This document shows positions 11,601 through 20,620 of a stretch of 64,000 nt of DNA, piece by piece. Position 1 is the stretch's first letter. Every line of letters starts with the position of its first letter. The DNA is taken from NCBI GenBank assembly GCA_963794325.1, contig CAWCDG010000005.1, forward strand, positions 256,001 to 320,000, read 5' to 3'. A program made the position numbers and the translations under genes. The notes under the pieces were generated by a model that saw only the letters and a program-made list of their open reading frames with translations, made no database searches and was not told the origin of the DNA. This DNA comes from an uncultured delta proteobacterium. Lineage in GTDB: Bacteria; Desulfobacterota; Binatia; Binatales; Binataceae.

Positions 11601-12527
11601 TTAATGTGAAACGGCCGGCTCCGTAAAAATAATCCGGCGCGCGCTGGAATCGATTCGCGCGACCACGCCGAACGGAATCGTAAAATTCTCAGTGCCATGC
11701 CCGGCTTCGACGCCGTACAGCACGGGACATCCGAGGCCCGCGGTCTGCTCGGCAGCGAAGCGCGCTATCAATTGAGTCTCCTGCTCATTTCCATCGATCG
11801 CGCGAATCGCGCCGAAAACAATTCCCGCAACTCTGCCGAGCGCTCCCGACTGGCGCAACTGCACGAGCATCCGGTCGATACGATAAGCCTTCTCGCCGGT
11901 GTCTTCGAGGAACAAAATTCGCCCGTCGAAGCGCGGCTCGAACGGCGTGCCGATCATCGCAACCAGCACCGACAGGCATCCGCCGATAACTTCGCCCTGC
12001 GCTCTCCCGGGATGCATCGCTTCGCGCGCCTCGAGTTCGAAGCCGTCGAGCTTGCCGGTGAGCAGTCCTTGCAGGTGTTCGAGCGCGCGCGGACTCAAGC
12101 CTCGGGCAAAATCCATCGCGACCATCGGTCCGTGAAACGACACAATTCCTGCTAGATCGACCAGCGCGTTGAGCAGGAATGTGGGGTCCGAAAAGCCGAC
12201 GAAAATTTTTGGCGTGCGCGCAATCGCCTTGAAATCGAGGAGCGGCAGCAGCCGCCCGCATCCGTAACCGCCACGCGCAGAAAAAATCGCCTTGACCTCG
12301 GGGTCGGCGAAGTAGGTTTGAAGCTCACTCGCGCGCTCGCGATCATCGCCAGCTAAAATCCCGGAACGCGCCAGCACCCGCTCCGAAACTTTGACTCGGT
12401 AGCCCATCGAGCCAAGCACGTTGACGCCGCGCTCGAGATGCGCCCGCTCGATCGCGGCGGCGGACGCGACGACGGCTACCGTCTCGCCCGGTTGGAGCGC
12501 GTCAGGTTTGATTGGTTTGTTCTTCAC
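11601..12527 (-). CDS. ldcA: LD-carboxypeptidase (peptidase S66)
   Basis: RGGYG, GFSD nucleophile, HGPM, LFLED, GH. Confidence 0.9.
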   Translation of the reverse strand: MKNKPIKPDALQPGETVAVVASAAAIERAHLERGVNVLGSMGYRVKVSERVLARSGILAGDDRERASELQTYFADPEVKAIFSARGGYGCGRLLPLLDFKAIARTPKIFVGFSDPTFLLNALVDLAGIVSFHGPMVAMDFARGLSPRALEHLQGLLTGKLDGFELEAREAMHPGRAQGEVIGGCLSVLVAMIGTPFEPRFDGRILFLEDTGEKAYRIDRMLVQLRQSGALGRVAGIVFGAIRAIDGNEQETQLIARFAAEQTAGLGCPVLYGVEAGHGTENFTIPFGVVARIDSSARRIIFTEPAVSH

Positions 12528-12608
12528 GCTGTCGATCCGAATCCTACCAGATGGACCGCGCCAACGCCCGTCAGTCGCGCGAAATTACGCCGCTTCTGAT
12601 TTTTCGGA

Positions 12609-13913
12609 TCATTCGGCGACAGCCGGCGCGGCATGCTCTTCCATCCCGGTCAGCGAACCCACTTCCGAGAAACCGAGCAGCGCGGCCGTGACCCACAGAC
12701 CCGCCGCACCGATCGCGATCGTCGGACGGAGTCCAATCAGCCCGCCCGCGATTCCGGCGACGAGTTGGCCGCCGAGCACGCTGGCGAGCCTTACGAAGCG
12801 CAGGCTCGCGTTGACGCGGCCGAGCATCGGCTTGGGAGTGATCGTCTGGATCAAGCTGACGGCGTTGATGAAATAGACCGTCGCGGCGCTGTCACCGATT
12901 AGCTGCTGTGCGACCAGCAGCGCCACCGATATGGGTCCGCTGCCCCGCGCGATCGGCAGCAGCATGTATGCGACGCCCTCGATCGCGAGTCCCGCCACCA
13001 TCGCACGTCCGGTGCCGAAAATCTCGGCGCTACGGCGTGCCGCCAATGCGCCGAAGAGCGAGCTCGCGCCACCGACTGCGAAGATCATGCCGAGGACGCC
13101 GGGCCTGAAGCCGAGCGCATTGACGACGAACAGCATGTAGAGCGTGCCGACCAGGCTGTTCGCGAAGCCGCCGGCGATCACGTTGACTCCGAATGCGCGC
13201 AGACGGCCGTCGGCAAATATCAGTCGCGCCCCGGCCGCTATGTCGCCGGCTACGCTGGAATCGCGGGCACGCGGCGCAGGAACGGGTTCGGGCTTGCGGA
13301 TGAGCGCGATCGCAAGCGCCGACGCGAGAAATGATATCGCGTCGATCAGAATTGCGAAGGGCGCCGTCAGCCATTGCACGAGCCAACCCGATAGCGCGAA
13401 ACCGCCGGCTTCGGCGACCCCGGCGCTCGCGGTGAGCTTGCTGTTGGCGTCGATGAGATCTTCGCGCTCGACCAGGGACGGCAGGTACGATCGATAGGCG
13501 ACGTCAAAGAAGAGATCGAGTGCCGAGTACGCGAGCATCACGGCGCATAGCTGTCCCATCGTCAGCGAAGCGAACATCGCGGCAACTGGAATCGTTCCCA
13601 ATACAACGAAGCGGCCGATGTCGGTAGCGATCAGAATCGGGCGGCGTCGGACGCGATCCACCAGCACGCCAGCGAACAGGCCGAGGACCAGCGTCGGGAC
13701 AATCCCGGCCGCCGCCAGGAAGCCCATCTGAAATGGAGTCGCCTTGAGCGCAATCACCGCGGCGAAGCTGATCGCGACGTCGCCCATTCGCGTGCCGAAT
13801 AGAGAGACCGTCTCGCCGGTCCACAATTTCATGAAGTCGGCGTGGCGAAATAATACGCTCGTACGGCGCACGTCTGTGCCGATTGGTTCGTTGTCTTTTT
13901 CGTTCGAGTACAT
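12609..13913 (-). CDS. MFS transporter (DHA3/efflux-like)
   Basis: 12-TM pattern, F..LW.G.TVS.FG, GVLVDRVRRR motif A, LGRVNA. Start is ATG 13913 or GTG 13925. Confidence 0.9.
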   Translation of the reverse strand: MYSNEKDNEPIGTDVRRTSVLFRHADFMKLWTGETVSLFGTRMGDVAISFAAVIALKATPFQMGFLAAAGIVPTLVLGLFAGVLVDRVRRRPILIATDIGRFVVLGTIPVAAMFASLTMGQLCAVMLAYSALDLFFDVAYRSYLPSLVEREDLIDANSKLTASAGVAEAGGFALSGWLVQWLTAPFAILIDAISFLASALAIALIRKPEPVPAPRARDSSVAGDIAAGARLIFADGRLRAFGVNVIAGGFANSLVGTLYMLFVVNALGFRPGVLGMIFAVGGASSLFGALAARRSAEIFGTGRAMVAGLAIEGVAYMLLPIARGSGPISVALLVAQQLIGDSAATVYFINAVSLIQTITPKPMLGRVNASLRFVRLASVLGGQLVAGIAGGLIGLRPTIAIGAAGLWVTAALLGFSEVGSLTGMEEHAAPAVAE

Positions 13914-13943
13914 TTTAGGTCTCACGCGCGGCGCGCCGCGCAG

Positions 13944-13982
13944 AAAACAAAAGAGCCCCAGGCTCCGACGCCCGAGGCTCTT
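13944..13982 (-). terminator. Intrinsic terminator (attenuator) in the MFS leader
   Basis: Minus strand AAGAGCCTCGGGC-GTCGGA-GCCTGGGGCTCTT (13-bp stem with GU pairs) followed by TTGTTTT. Confidence 0.85.
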
Positions 13983-14006
13983 TCAAGCCAGGTTTCGAAG
14001 TATTCC

Positions 14007-14051
14007 TCAACCAGTAGGTGGTTGGTTGATATGGATGAGGGTGACTTTCAT
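14007..14051 (-). CDS. Putative leader peptide MKVTLIHINQPPTG
   Basis: SD GGAGA just upstream of ATG 14051; TGA at 14007-14009; lies between a promoter and the terminator. Confidence 0.7.
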   Translation of the reverse strand: MKVTLIHINQPPTG

Positions 14052-14086
14052 GGGATTCTCCGACTTCTGACTTCTAACCAGCCGCG

Positions 14087-14115
14087 AGACTAATCGCGGC
14101 GCGCGGATGGGTCAA
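14087..14115 (-). promoter_or_regulatory. Sigma70-type promoter of the leader/MFS transcript
   Basis: TTGACC (14115-14110), 17-nt spacer, TAGTCT (14092-14087). Confidence 0.7.
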
Positions 14116-14124
14116 GAAACCGCA

Positions 14125-15105
14125 TCAGTCGAACTTGAGAACAATTTTGCCGAAGTGCTCGCTCGCCTGCATCATGCGATGCGCGGTCGGCGCGTCCGCG
14201 GCCGGTATCACTTTGTAGATAGGCGGGCGTAAACGTCCCGCCGAGAGCGCAGCGCCGAATTGCTCGAGGAACGCGGCGACGATCTGCGCTTTCTCCAACG
14301 CCGGGCGGTTGCGCAAAGTCGAGCCGAAGATTTTCAGATGGCGCCGCAGTACTGCTGCGAGGTCGAGCTCTGCGCGCATCCCGTTCATCAGGCCAATCAG
14401 CACCAACCGCCCGTCTTGCCCCAGCGACTCGATATTCGGCGCGAGATAGGCGCCGCCGATGCTGTCGAGAATCACGTCAACGCCGCGTCCGTCGGTCGCG
14501 GCCTTCACTGCCGGCACGAATGGCCCGCTCTTGTAGTTGATGGCGACGTCGGCGCCGAGCTTGCGGCACTGCTCGCATTTCTCGTCGGTGCCGGCGGTCA
14601 CGATCACGCGCACGCCCGCTTCCTTGAGCAACTGAATCGAAGCGGTGCCGATGCCGCTGCCGCCGCCATGAATCAGGCCAGTCTCGCCGCGCTTTATTCC
14701 GGCGAGCATAAAAAAATTCAGGAACACCGTAAGAAAGACTTCGGGGAGTCCGGCGGCTTCCTCGAAGCTCAGCAGTGCGGGGATTTTCATCGCGGAGCCG
14801 TAATGCGCGCCGGCCTTCTCCGCGTACCCGCCGCCGGGTATCAGCGCCATCGCGCGATTCCCGATTTGCCATCCTTTGACCGCCGCACCGACCGCGACAA
14901 CTTCGCCGGCGACCTCCATCCCGATAATTTCCGACGCGCCAGGTGGCGGCGGGTAGAATCCCTGGCGCTGCAGAAGGTCCGCGCGATTCACCCCGGCAGC
15001 TCGCACGCGAATCAGGATTTCATCGGGCTTGATCGCGGGCTCGGGAACTTCACCGAGTTTCAGCGCATTTTCGTCGCCCGGTTTTTCGACAATTACTGCT
15101 TTCAT
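14125..15105 (-). CDS. NAD(P)H-quinone oxidoreductase (PIG3/zeta-crystallin family)
   Basis: GVNRADLLQRQGFYPPPPG, HGGGSGIG, GSTLR, HFGKIVL. Confidence 0.93.
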   Translation of the reverse strand: MKAVIVEKPGDENALKLGEVPEPAIKPDEILIRVRAAGVNRADLLQRQGFYPPPPGASEIIGMEVAGEVVAVGAAVKGWQIGNRAMALIPGGGYAEKAGAHYGSAMKIPALLSFEEAAGLPEVFLTVFLNFFMLAGIKRGETGLIHGGGSGIGTASIQLLKEAGVRVIVTAGTDEKCEQCRKLGADVAINYKSGPFVPAVKAATDGRGVDVILDSIGGAYLAPNIESLGQDGRLVLIGLMNGMRAELDLAAVLRRHLKIFGSTLRNRPALEKAQIVAAFLEQFGAALSAGRLRPPIYKVIPAADAPTAHRMMQASEHFGKIVLKFD

Positions 15106-15114
15106 AAATTCACA

Positions 15115-15576
15115 CTATCTATAGATCATCTTTACCGGTATCTGCTTCCAGCCATTGCCGTCGTAGTGAAATTTGCACTGGTCGAATGTCGGCGCGCTGA
15201 ATTGCGGCACGACGTTGTTCGAAAATCCGTAGCCCTCGAGCGGATAGCCGATCATATTCGATTTGAATTTGCCGCTGTTGTCCTCGTCGTGAAAAAGCGT
15301 GACGGCGTAGTCGCCAGCCGCAAAATTTCCCCCGAAGACGCATTCGCCGCCGGCGTTCTTAATCGGCCCCGTGACGTGCTTCAGGATGTGCGAGTCGTCG
15401 CGCGGGAAACCCGCCGGTCCCGGCCACAGCGAGCATACCAATTGCCCGTTGTTATTTCGAAGTCCCGTGATTTCAACCTTGATACCCTTCGACGCGTCCT
15501 GCGCTCGCGACGGGACGGGCAGCGCGACCACTGGCAGCAACAGTGCCAGTGCTACGAACCGGATTCTCACTCTCAT
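15115..15576 (-). CDS. DUF2141-family exported protein
   Basis: Signal peptide, GDYAV..FHDEDNSGK and GYPLEGYGFSNN motif. Start at ATG 15576. Confidence 0.85.
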   Translation of the reverse strand: MRVRIRFVALALLLPVVALPVPSRAQDASKGIKVEITGLRNNNGQLVCSLWPGPAGFPRDDSHILKHVTGPIKNAGGECVFGGNFAAGDYAVTLFHDEDNSGKFKSNMIGYPLEGYGFSNNVVPQFSAPTFDQCKFHYDGNGWKQIPVKMIYR

Positions 15577-15654
15577 CAAATTACGACTCCACAAACGAAG
15601 AGGGTCCACTGAGGACCCTCTCACGGGTTAATTCTCGCGAACGCGAATGCGCGT

Positions 15655-16710
15655 CTAGTTGTAGTTGTTGATCACCGTGACGCCGACATTCTGGAACGTG
15701 TTCATCTCATTGAAAATCTTATTTATGCCGTCGAGTGCGCAAGTGCCGGTCACCATCGCCTTGGGCGTGACCTTCTTTGCCACGACCATTTGCAGCATCG
15801 CCGGATAATGTGACGCCTGCATCCCGAGGGATCCGATCATCTGCAGTTCCATCGTGACGATTCGGTCGATCGGCATCGGAATCTCGCCCTGCTCCGCCGC
15901 AGTCGTCAATCCGATCTGCAGATGACGTCCCTGTTTGCGCAGACTCATGATCGAATTCCGGCACGTCGCCGAAACCCCGAGCGCATCGACCGATACGTGC
16001 GCGCCGCTGCCGGTCAGATCCATTATCGCGGAAATCGGATCGGTCTTCTTCGCGTTGATTACGTGCGCCGCACCCATGCCCTTGGCGAGTTCGAGCTTGG
16101 CCGAATCGAGATCGACGCCGATCACGTTGGCTCCCATAGCGGCCGCGATATTGATCGCCGAGAGCCCGATCCCGCCGCATCCATGCACGACGACCCATTC
16201 GCCCGGCTTTACCTGCGCGCGATCGACGACTCCATGAAATGACGTCATGAAGCGGCAGCCCATCGAGGCGGCCTCGACGAAATCGATACTCGGCGGCAGC
16301 GTGACGAGGTTCATATCAGCGAACGGCACCGCAACCAGATGACCGAATCCGCCGTGATACGAAAATCCCGGCAGCAGCGGCGTGAGGCATACGTTGGATT
16401 GCCCGTTGCGGCAGTATTCGCAGGTGCCGTCGCCCTGGCTGAACGGCACGACCACGCGCGCGCCCTTCTTGAAGTTGCGCACGTCCTTGCCGACTTCCTC
16501 GACCACGCCGGTGAACTCATGCCCAAGGATCGCGCCGGGCTGCGCCGACAGGCCCATCCAGGTCCAATCGCCCGACCATGCGTGCCAGTCCGACCGGCAG
16601 ATGCCGTTGGCTTCGACGCGAACGATCGCGCTGGTCGGTTCGCACTCGGGATCGGGAACAGTTTTGACGACGAGCGGCTTCTTGGTTGCTTCGAACACTG
16701 CAGCTTTCAT
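15655..16710 (-). CDS. Zinc-dependent alcohol dehydrogenase
   Basis: GICRSDWH, GHE, structural Zn site D/C-x2-C-x2-C-x7-C, GCGGIG. Confidence 0.93.
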   Translation of the reverse strand: MKAAVFEATKKPLVVKTVPDPECEPTSAIVRVEANGICRSDWHAWSGDWTWMGLSAQPGAILGHEFTGVVEEVGKDVRNFKKGARVVVPFSQGDGTCEYCRNGQSNVCLTPLLPGFSYHGGFGHLVAVPFADMNLVTLPPSIDFVEAASMGCRFMTSFHGVVDRAQVKPGEWVVVHGCGGIGLSAINIAAAMGANVIGVDLDSAKLELAKGMGAAHVINAKKTDPISAIMDLTGSGAHVSVDALGVSATCRNSIMSLRKQGRHLQIGLTTAAEQGEIPMPIDRIVTMELQMIGSLGMQASHYPAMLQMVVAKKVTPKAMVTGTCALDGINKIFNEMNTFQNVGVTVINNYN

Positions 16711-16803
16711 TGTTGGCTGAGCCTCCTAATCAATGTCGCGATCGATTTCGATATAGCGCCTTCTAACAAGTTCTTAAAAACCGGTGATCTACCCTTCGCT
16801 GTC

Positions 16804-17799
16804 CTAGAGCAGCCGCGCGACAGTCTTCTCGAACTCGGCCGGCGTGCTCGCGTCGATGTCCACCGGATGCAAATCGACGCCCGCTTCGTCCTGCGCCTTC
16901 AGGCGCTCGACCGCTCCTTCGATGCCGCCGATATAACCCAACTCCGCGAGCAGCTTGGGCGATAGCGCCGCAGTTCCCTGTTTTGAGCCGCCCGCTTCCC
17001 ACGCCTGCTTGACCTTCTGCACATCGTCGCCGAAGCCGAAGCGCGTGAGTTGCTCCGAATAGAAAGTCCCCATGCGCGCGGCATAGAACGCGACGTTCGC
17101 AGCATGTCCCGCCACCGCGCGATCGACGTTTGCGGTAACGGTCACATGTCCGGGAGCCTTCACTGCCACGTCGCGCGGATTGCGTCCCGCGGTGGTCGCA
17201 ATCTCACGGAAGTCCGCGATCGCTTTCTTGAGTGAGTTGATCGGGATCATCACCGGCAGCCATCCGTCGGTTTTCTTCGCGGTGAACTCGACGCTCTTCT
17301 TGTTGAGCGACGCGATCCAGATTGGGATGTGCTTGCGCGGAGTCTCGAAGCGCATCGTGAAGCCGCGCTGCAGCTTGAACACCTTGCCATCGAAGTTCAG
17401 CGGCGTCTGCGCGAAAATCATGTTGATAATTTCCACGTATTCCTTCATCCGGGTGAGCGGCGGATTGAACGGGACGCCGTGGAAATGCTCAATCACCTGC
17501 GGGCCGCTGGTGCCGAGCCCGATGATCATGCGGCCGTTGCTCAACTCGTCGAGCGTGCCGAAATGCTGCGCGAGCGCGGCCGGCGTGCGCGAGTAGATAT
17601 TCACGATCGAGGTCGCGAGCTGAATCTTGCTGGTATGCTCGGCGAGCAGGGTCAGCACCGTGAACGCGTCGCGGCCCCAGGCCTCAGCCACCCAAATAGA
17701 ATGGATACCCGCGGCCTCCGCGATTTTCGCGTGCTCGATCGTCTTCTTGAAATCGGGCTTGCCTTGCCAATTGACTCCGACTGCTAATTTGCGCGCCAT
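16804..17799 (-). CDS. LLM-class flavin/F420-dependent oxidoreductase
   Basis: WVAEAWGRD, RTPAALAQ..TLDELSNGR..LGTSGPQVIE. Confidence 0.9.
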   Translation of the reverse strand: MARKLAVGVNWQGKPDFKKTIEHAKIAEAAGIHSIWVAEAWGRDAFTVLTLLAEHTSKIQLATSIVNIYSRTPAALAQHFGTLDELSNGRMIIGLGTSGPQVIEHFHGVPFNPPLTRMKEYVEIINMIFAQTPLNFDGKVFKLQRGFTMRFETPRKHIPIWIASLNKKSVEFTAKKTDGWLPVMIPINSLKKAIADFREIATTAGRNPRDVAVKAPGHVTVTANVDRAVAGHAANVAFYAARMGTFYSEQLTRFGFGDDVQKVKQAWEAGGSKQGTAALSPKLLAELGYIGGIEGAVERLKAQDEAGVDLHPVDIDASTPAEFEKTVARLL

Positions 17800-17811
17800 T
17801 AAAATTTCCTC

Positions 17812-18450
17812 CTAAGCGATATCGCGAACTCTTTCATGCCATCGACTGACGTTTTTGAAATCCTTCACCATCGAAAAGTTCGACGGGTTGAGCGCGAGAA
17901 AAAACAGCGGATGGTAGAGCGACGCGTCCGCCATCGTAAAGCTCTTGCCGAGAAAAAAATCCTTGCCCGCGAGCTGATCGTCGATCATCTTCAGACAGGC
18001 CGCCAGCTGCTCCTTCATCGGCGCGTGACGCTCGCGCATCTGCGCGGTCGTCATCCCGATCAGCTTCTCGCGATTCGCCGAGAGCTTCGCGTCGCCGACG
18101 CCGTCAAGCAAATCGGGAATCGTCAGAAGTAAAATCGGCATGAAGAAAGTGTTGTCGGCCCAATGATCGATAATCTCGATCAGTCCGCGCGCGTCGTCGG
18201 GAATCACGCGATTCGCCGGCACCTTGCGATCGATCCATTTGATGATGTCGGCCGAGTTGTAAACGACCTCGCCGTTCCATTCGAGCACCGGCACGCGGGT
18301 CCACGCGCCCTTGGTCACCGCGAGGAGATTGGTCTTGTCCTCATAATGACAATCAATCGGATGCCATTTGAGATGCTTGAAGGTAAGCACGCGCCGCACC
18401 TTCTCGGTGAACGGCGAGATTGGATACTGGTAGAGATTTATTTCGCCCAT
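17812..18450 (-). CDS. Glutathione S-transferase family protein
   Basis: SPFTEKVR, VPVL, NSADI, FTMAD. Confidence 0.88.
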   Translation of the reverse strand: MGEINLYQYPISPFTEKVRRVLTFKHLKWHPIDCHYEDKTNLLAVTKGAWTRVPVLEWNGEVVYNSADIIKWIDRKVPANRVIPDDARGLIEIIDHWADNTFFMPILLLTIPDLLDGVGDAKLSANREKLIGMTTAQMRERHAPMKEQLAACLKMIDDQLAGKDFFLGKSFTMADASLYHPLFFLALNPSNFSMVKDFKNVSRWHERVRDIA

Positions 18451-18454
18451 TTTT

Positions 18455-18940
18455 TTAGAGCCGTCTAATCTCCAACGCGAACGACACGTCGTCGCGGATC
18501 AGGTTTCGTATGTGGCATCCGCGCTCGGCGACTTCGACCAATCGACGAAGCTGTTCGTCATTCGCGCTGGATTCAACTTGAAGTTCTACTTTAATTTCTT
18601 TCAGATGTCCTTTTTCATTAGTCCGCGCATGAACTGACGACCGCCCCAGCTCGACTTTGCGCACGCGCGCAGCGACTCGGAGCGACATCAGCAGGCATCC
18701 ACCGAGCGCGCCAAGGAACGACGACACCGGATCAGGCGCGGTTGAATCCTCTCCCGACAGACGCCATCGCAGCTCGCCGTACGTCACCTCGGCGTTGAGC
18801 GAATCGCCCACCGCCTCGATCGTGACGTCGCGATGACGCGTCGGGTCCTGCGATGAATCCGTACCTGGCACTGAAGTCGCTCCGTCCTCCAACGCCCAAC
18901 CTAGCCGAGAGTGAGACTTTTCTACAAACCGTTCGTTCAA
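18455..18940 (-). CDS. OsmC-family protein
   Basis: PDPVSSFLGALGGC ... AERGCHI two-Cys pattern; start uncertain. Confidence 0.8.
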   Translation of the reverse strand: MNERFVEKSHSRLGWALEDGATSVPGTDSSQDPTRHRDVTIEAVGDSLNAEVTYGELRWRLSGEDSTAPDPVSSFLGALGGCLLMSLRVAARVRKVELGRSSVHARTNEKGHLKEIKVELQVESSANDEQLRRLVEVAERGCHIRNLIRDDVSFALEIRRL

Positions 18941-19008
18941 GGATTTTTCGGCTGCTCGATTTATCCGCGGCGAAGTATCATTGTACGAGATAGCCCGGGG
19001 GTCAGGTC

Positions 19009-19859
19009 ATGAAGACACGATTCATATCTCTTTTCGTCGCCGTCGCATTAGTCGCCGCTCTCACCTCATACGCGATTGGCCACGACATGGACAACATGGA
19101 TTCGGATTCCGGCAACGACAGCGGCGGCACCGGCGCGATGGGCCAGATGGGCGCGCATATGAAGATGAGCGACCACATGACGATGACCGAGACGCGGCCG
19201 ATGACGCCGGCAGACACGCAGCGCGGCGAGCAGATCATCGCGACGATGCGCGCGAAACTGACAAATACGAGGACTACAAGGCCGCGATGGCCGACGGGTA
19301 CGTGCCTTACATGGAGTCGGTGCCGCAGGACGTTTACCACTTCGCCAATCGAGAGGCGACGGCCTCCGAGTACATGGGCGATTTCGATCTCGCGCGGCCG
19401 GGCTCGCTGCTCTATGAAAAAAAGACTTTCGGCGGATACAAGCTGGTCGGAGCAATGTACGATGCACCGGCCGCCGACACTCCGGAGCAGCTCGACGCGT
19501 TGATCCCGCTGAGCCTTTCTCACTGGCACGCGCACACCAATATATGCCTCCCGAAAGGCGTGACCGAAGAAGACGTGATGAGTGGCAATGTCGCTGCGAG
19601 GATGCGTCCGGATATTTCGTCAGCGTCCCGTGCTCCGGACGAATTTGGTCGTCGCAGCAGCGGCGCGGGCGACGCCGTGCGGATGCGGGTTGGGTACCTG
19701 GCCGATCCGCGCTTCGGCTTCACCGGCACGATTTCAAATCAGGCGGACTGCGAGGCGGCGGACGGAAATTTTCACAAGCAGATTTTCGGCTGGATGATCC
19801 ACGTCTATCCGTTCGCGAGTGAAGATCTCAAGGTTGCGTTCAGCCTCGAAGCGCCGTGA
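19009..19859 (+). CDS. Secreted Met/His-rich hypothetical protein, split by a 1-nt frameshift near 19261
   Basis: Signal peptide and M/H-rich N-terminus (frame of 19009) continue into KYEDYKAA..YHF..PGSLLY..WHAHTNIC..WMIHVYP (frame ending 19859). Confidence 0.7.
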
Positions 19860-19871
19860 CCGACGCCTGAA

Positions 19872-20514
19872 TCACAAGTCCGCCGCAGTGATCCGATACG
19901 CGCAGCGGCGGGCGCCTGCGAGGATGTGATCGGTGCGCTCGACCCGCGCCTTCTCGCCAAGCACCGCGCGGAACAGCGACAGCTCTTCGCGGCATAGGCC
20001 CTGGCAGGTCGAGGCCGCCGCGCAAATCGGACAATGGTTCTCCGCCAACAGCATCGAGCCGTCGGGCAACCGCGAGCATTCGGCCATATAGCCCTGCTCG
20101 CGGCGAATCTCGGCCAACGCGTGCGCACGCTTCGCGATCGACGTTCCCGCGGGGCGAAGCCGCGTGCGGTATTCTTCGATCTGGCGGCGCGTCCTCTCGC
20201 GCAGCAGCTTGTCCATCCCCGCCTCGCCGAACGCCGCGCGAACCGCAGCCGATGATCTCAACGGTCAGGTCGCCGTGCGTGTCGGGAAAGCGCTCGGCCG
20301 CGGCGCTGGTCAATCTCCACACTCGCGCCGGCCGTCCCACCTTGCGCCGTTCGTCGGAGAATTCGACGAGGCCCTCAACCCTCAGTCGATACAGATGCTG
20401 CCGTACGGCCATCGCCGTGACGCCGAGGCGTCGCGCTACCTGCGCCGCAGTTTGCGGCCCGCGAGTCTTGAGCTGGAACAGGACACCCTCTTCCGCACGC
20501 GCATCATTCTTCAT
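19872..20514 (-). CDS. ArsR/SufR-like HTH metalloregulator, split by a frameshift near 20250
   Basis: N-terminal HTH (AQVARRLGVTAMAVRQHL, GRP..W.LT) and C-terminal ENHCPIC..CQGLC..E..C, in two frames. Confidence 0.8.
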
Positions 20515-20544
20515 GGAATGAGATGGTACCCGTCGCAGAATATT

Positions 20545-20588
20545 AGTCAAGATATCGCTTGACTTAGTATATAAAGCGAGTACTTTAT
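20545..20588. promoter_or_regulatory. Divergent promoter/operator region
   Basis: Inverted repeats AGTCAAG-N6-CTTGACT (back-to-back TTGACT -35 boxes) and ATAAAG-N6-CTTTAT in an AT-rich patch. Confidence 0.6.
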
Positions 20589-20620
20589 TAATTGTCGAGA
20601 CGCGAGGAGGATTCGCATCG

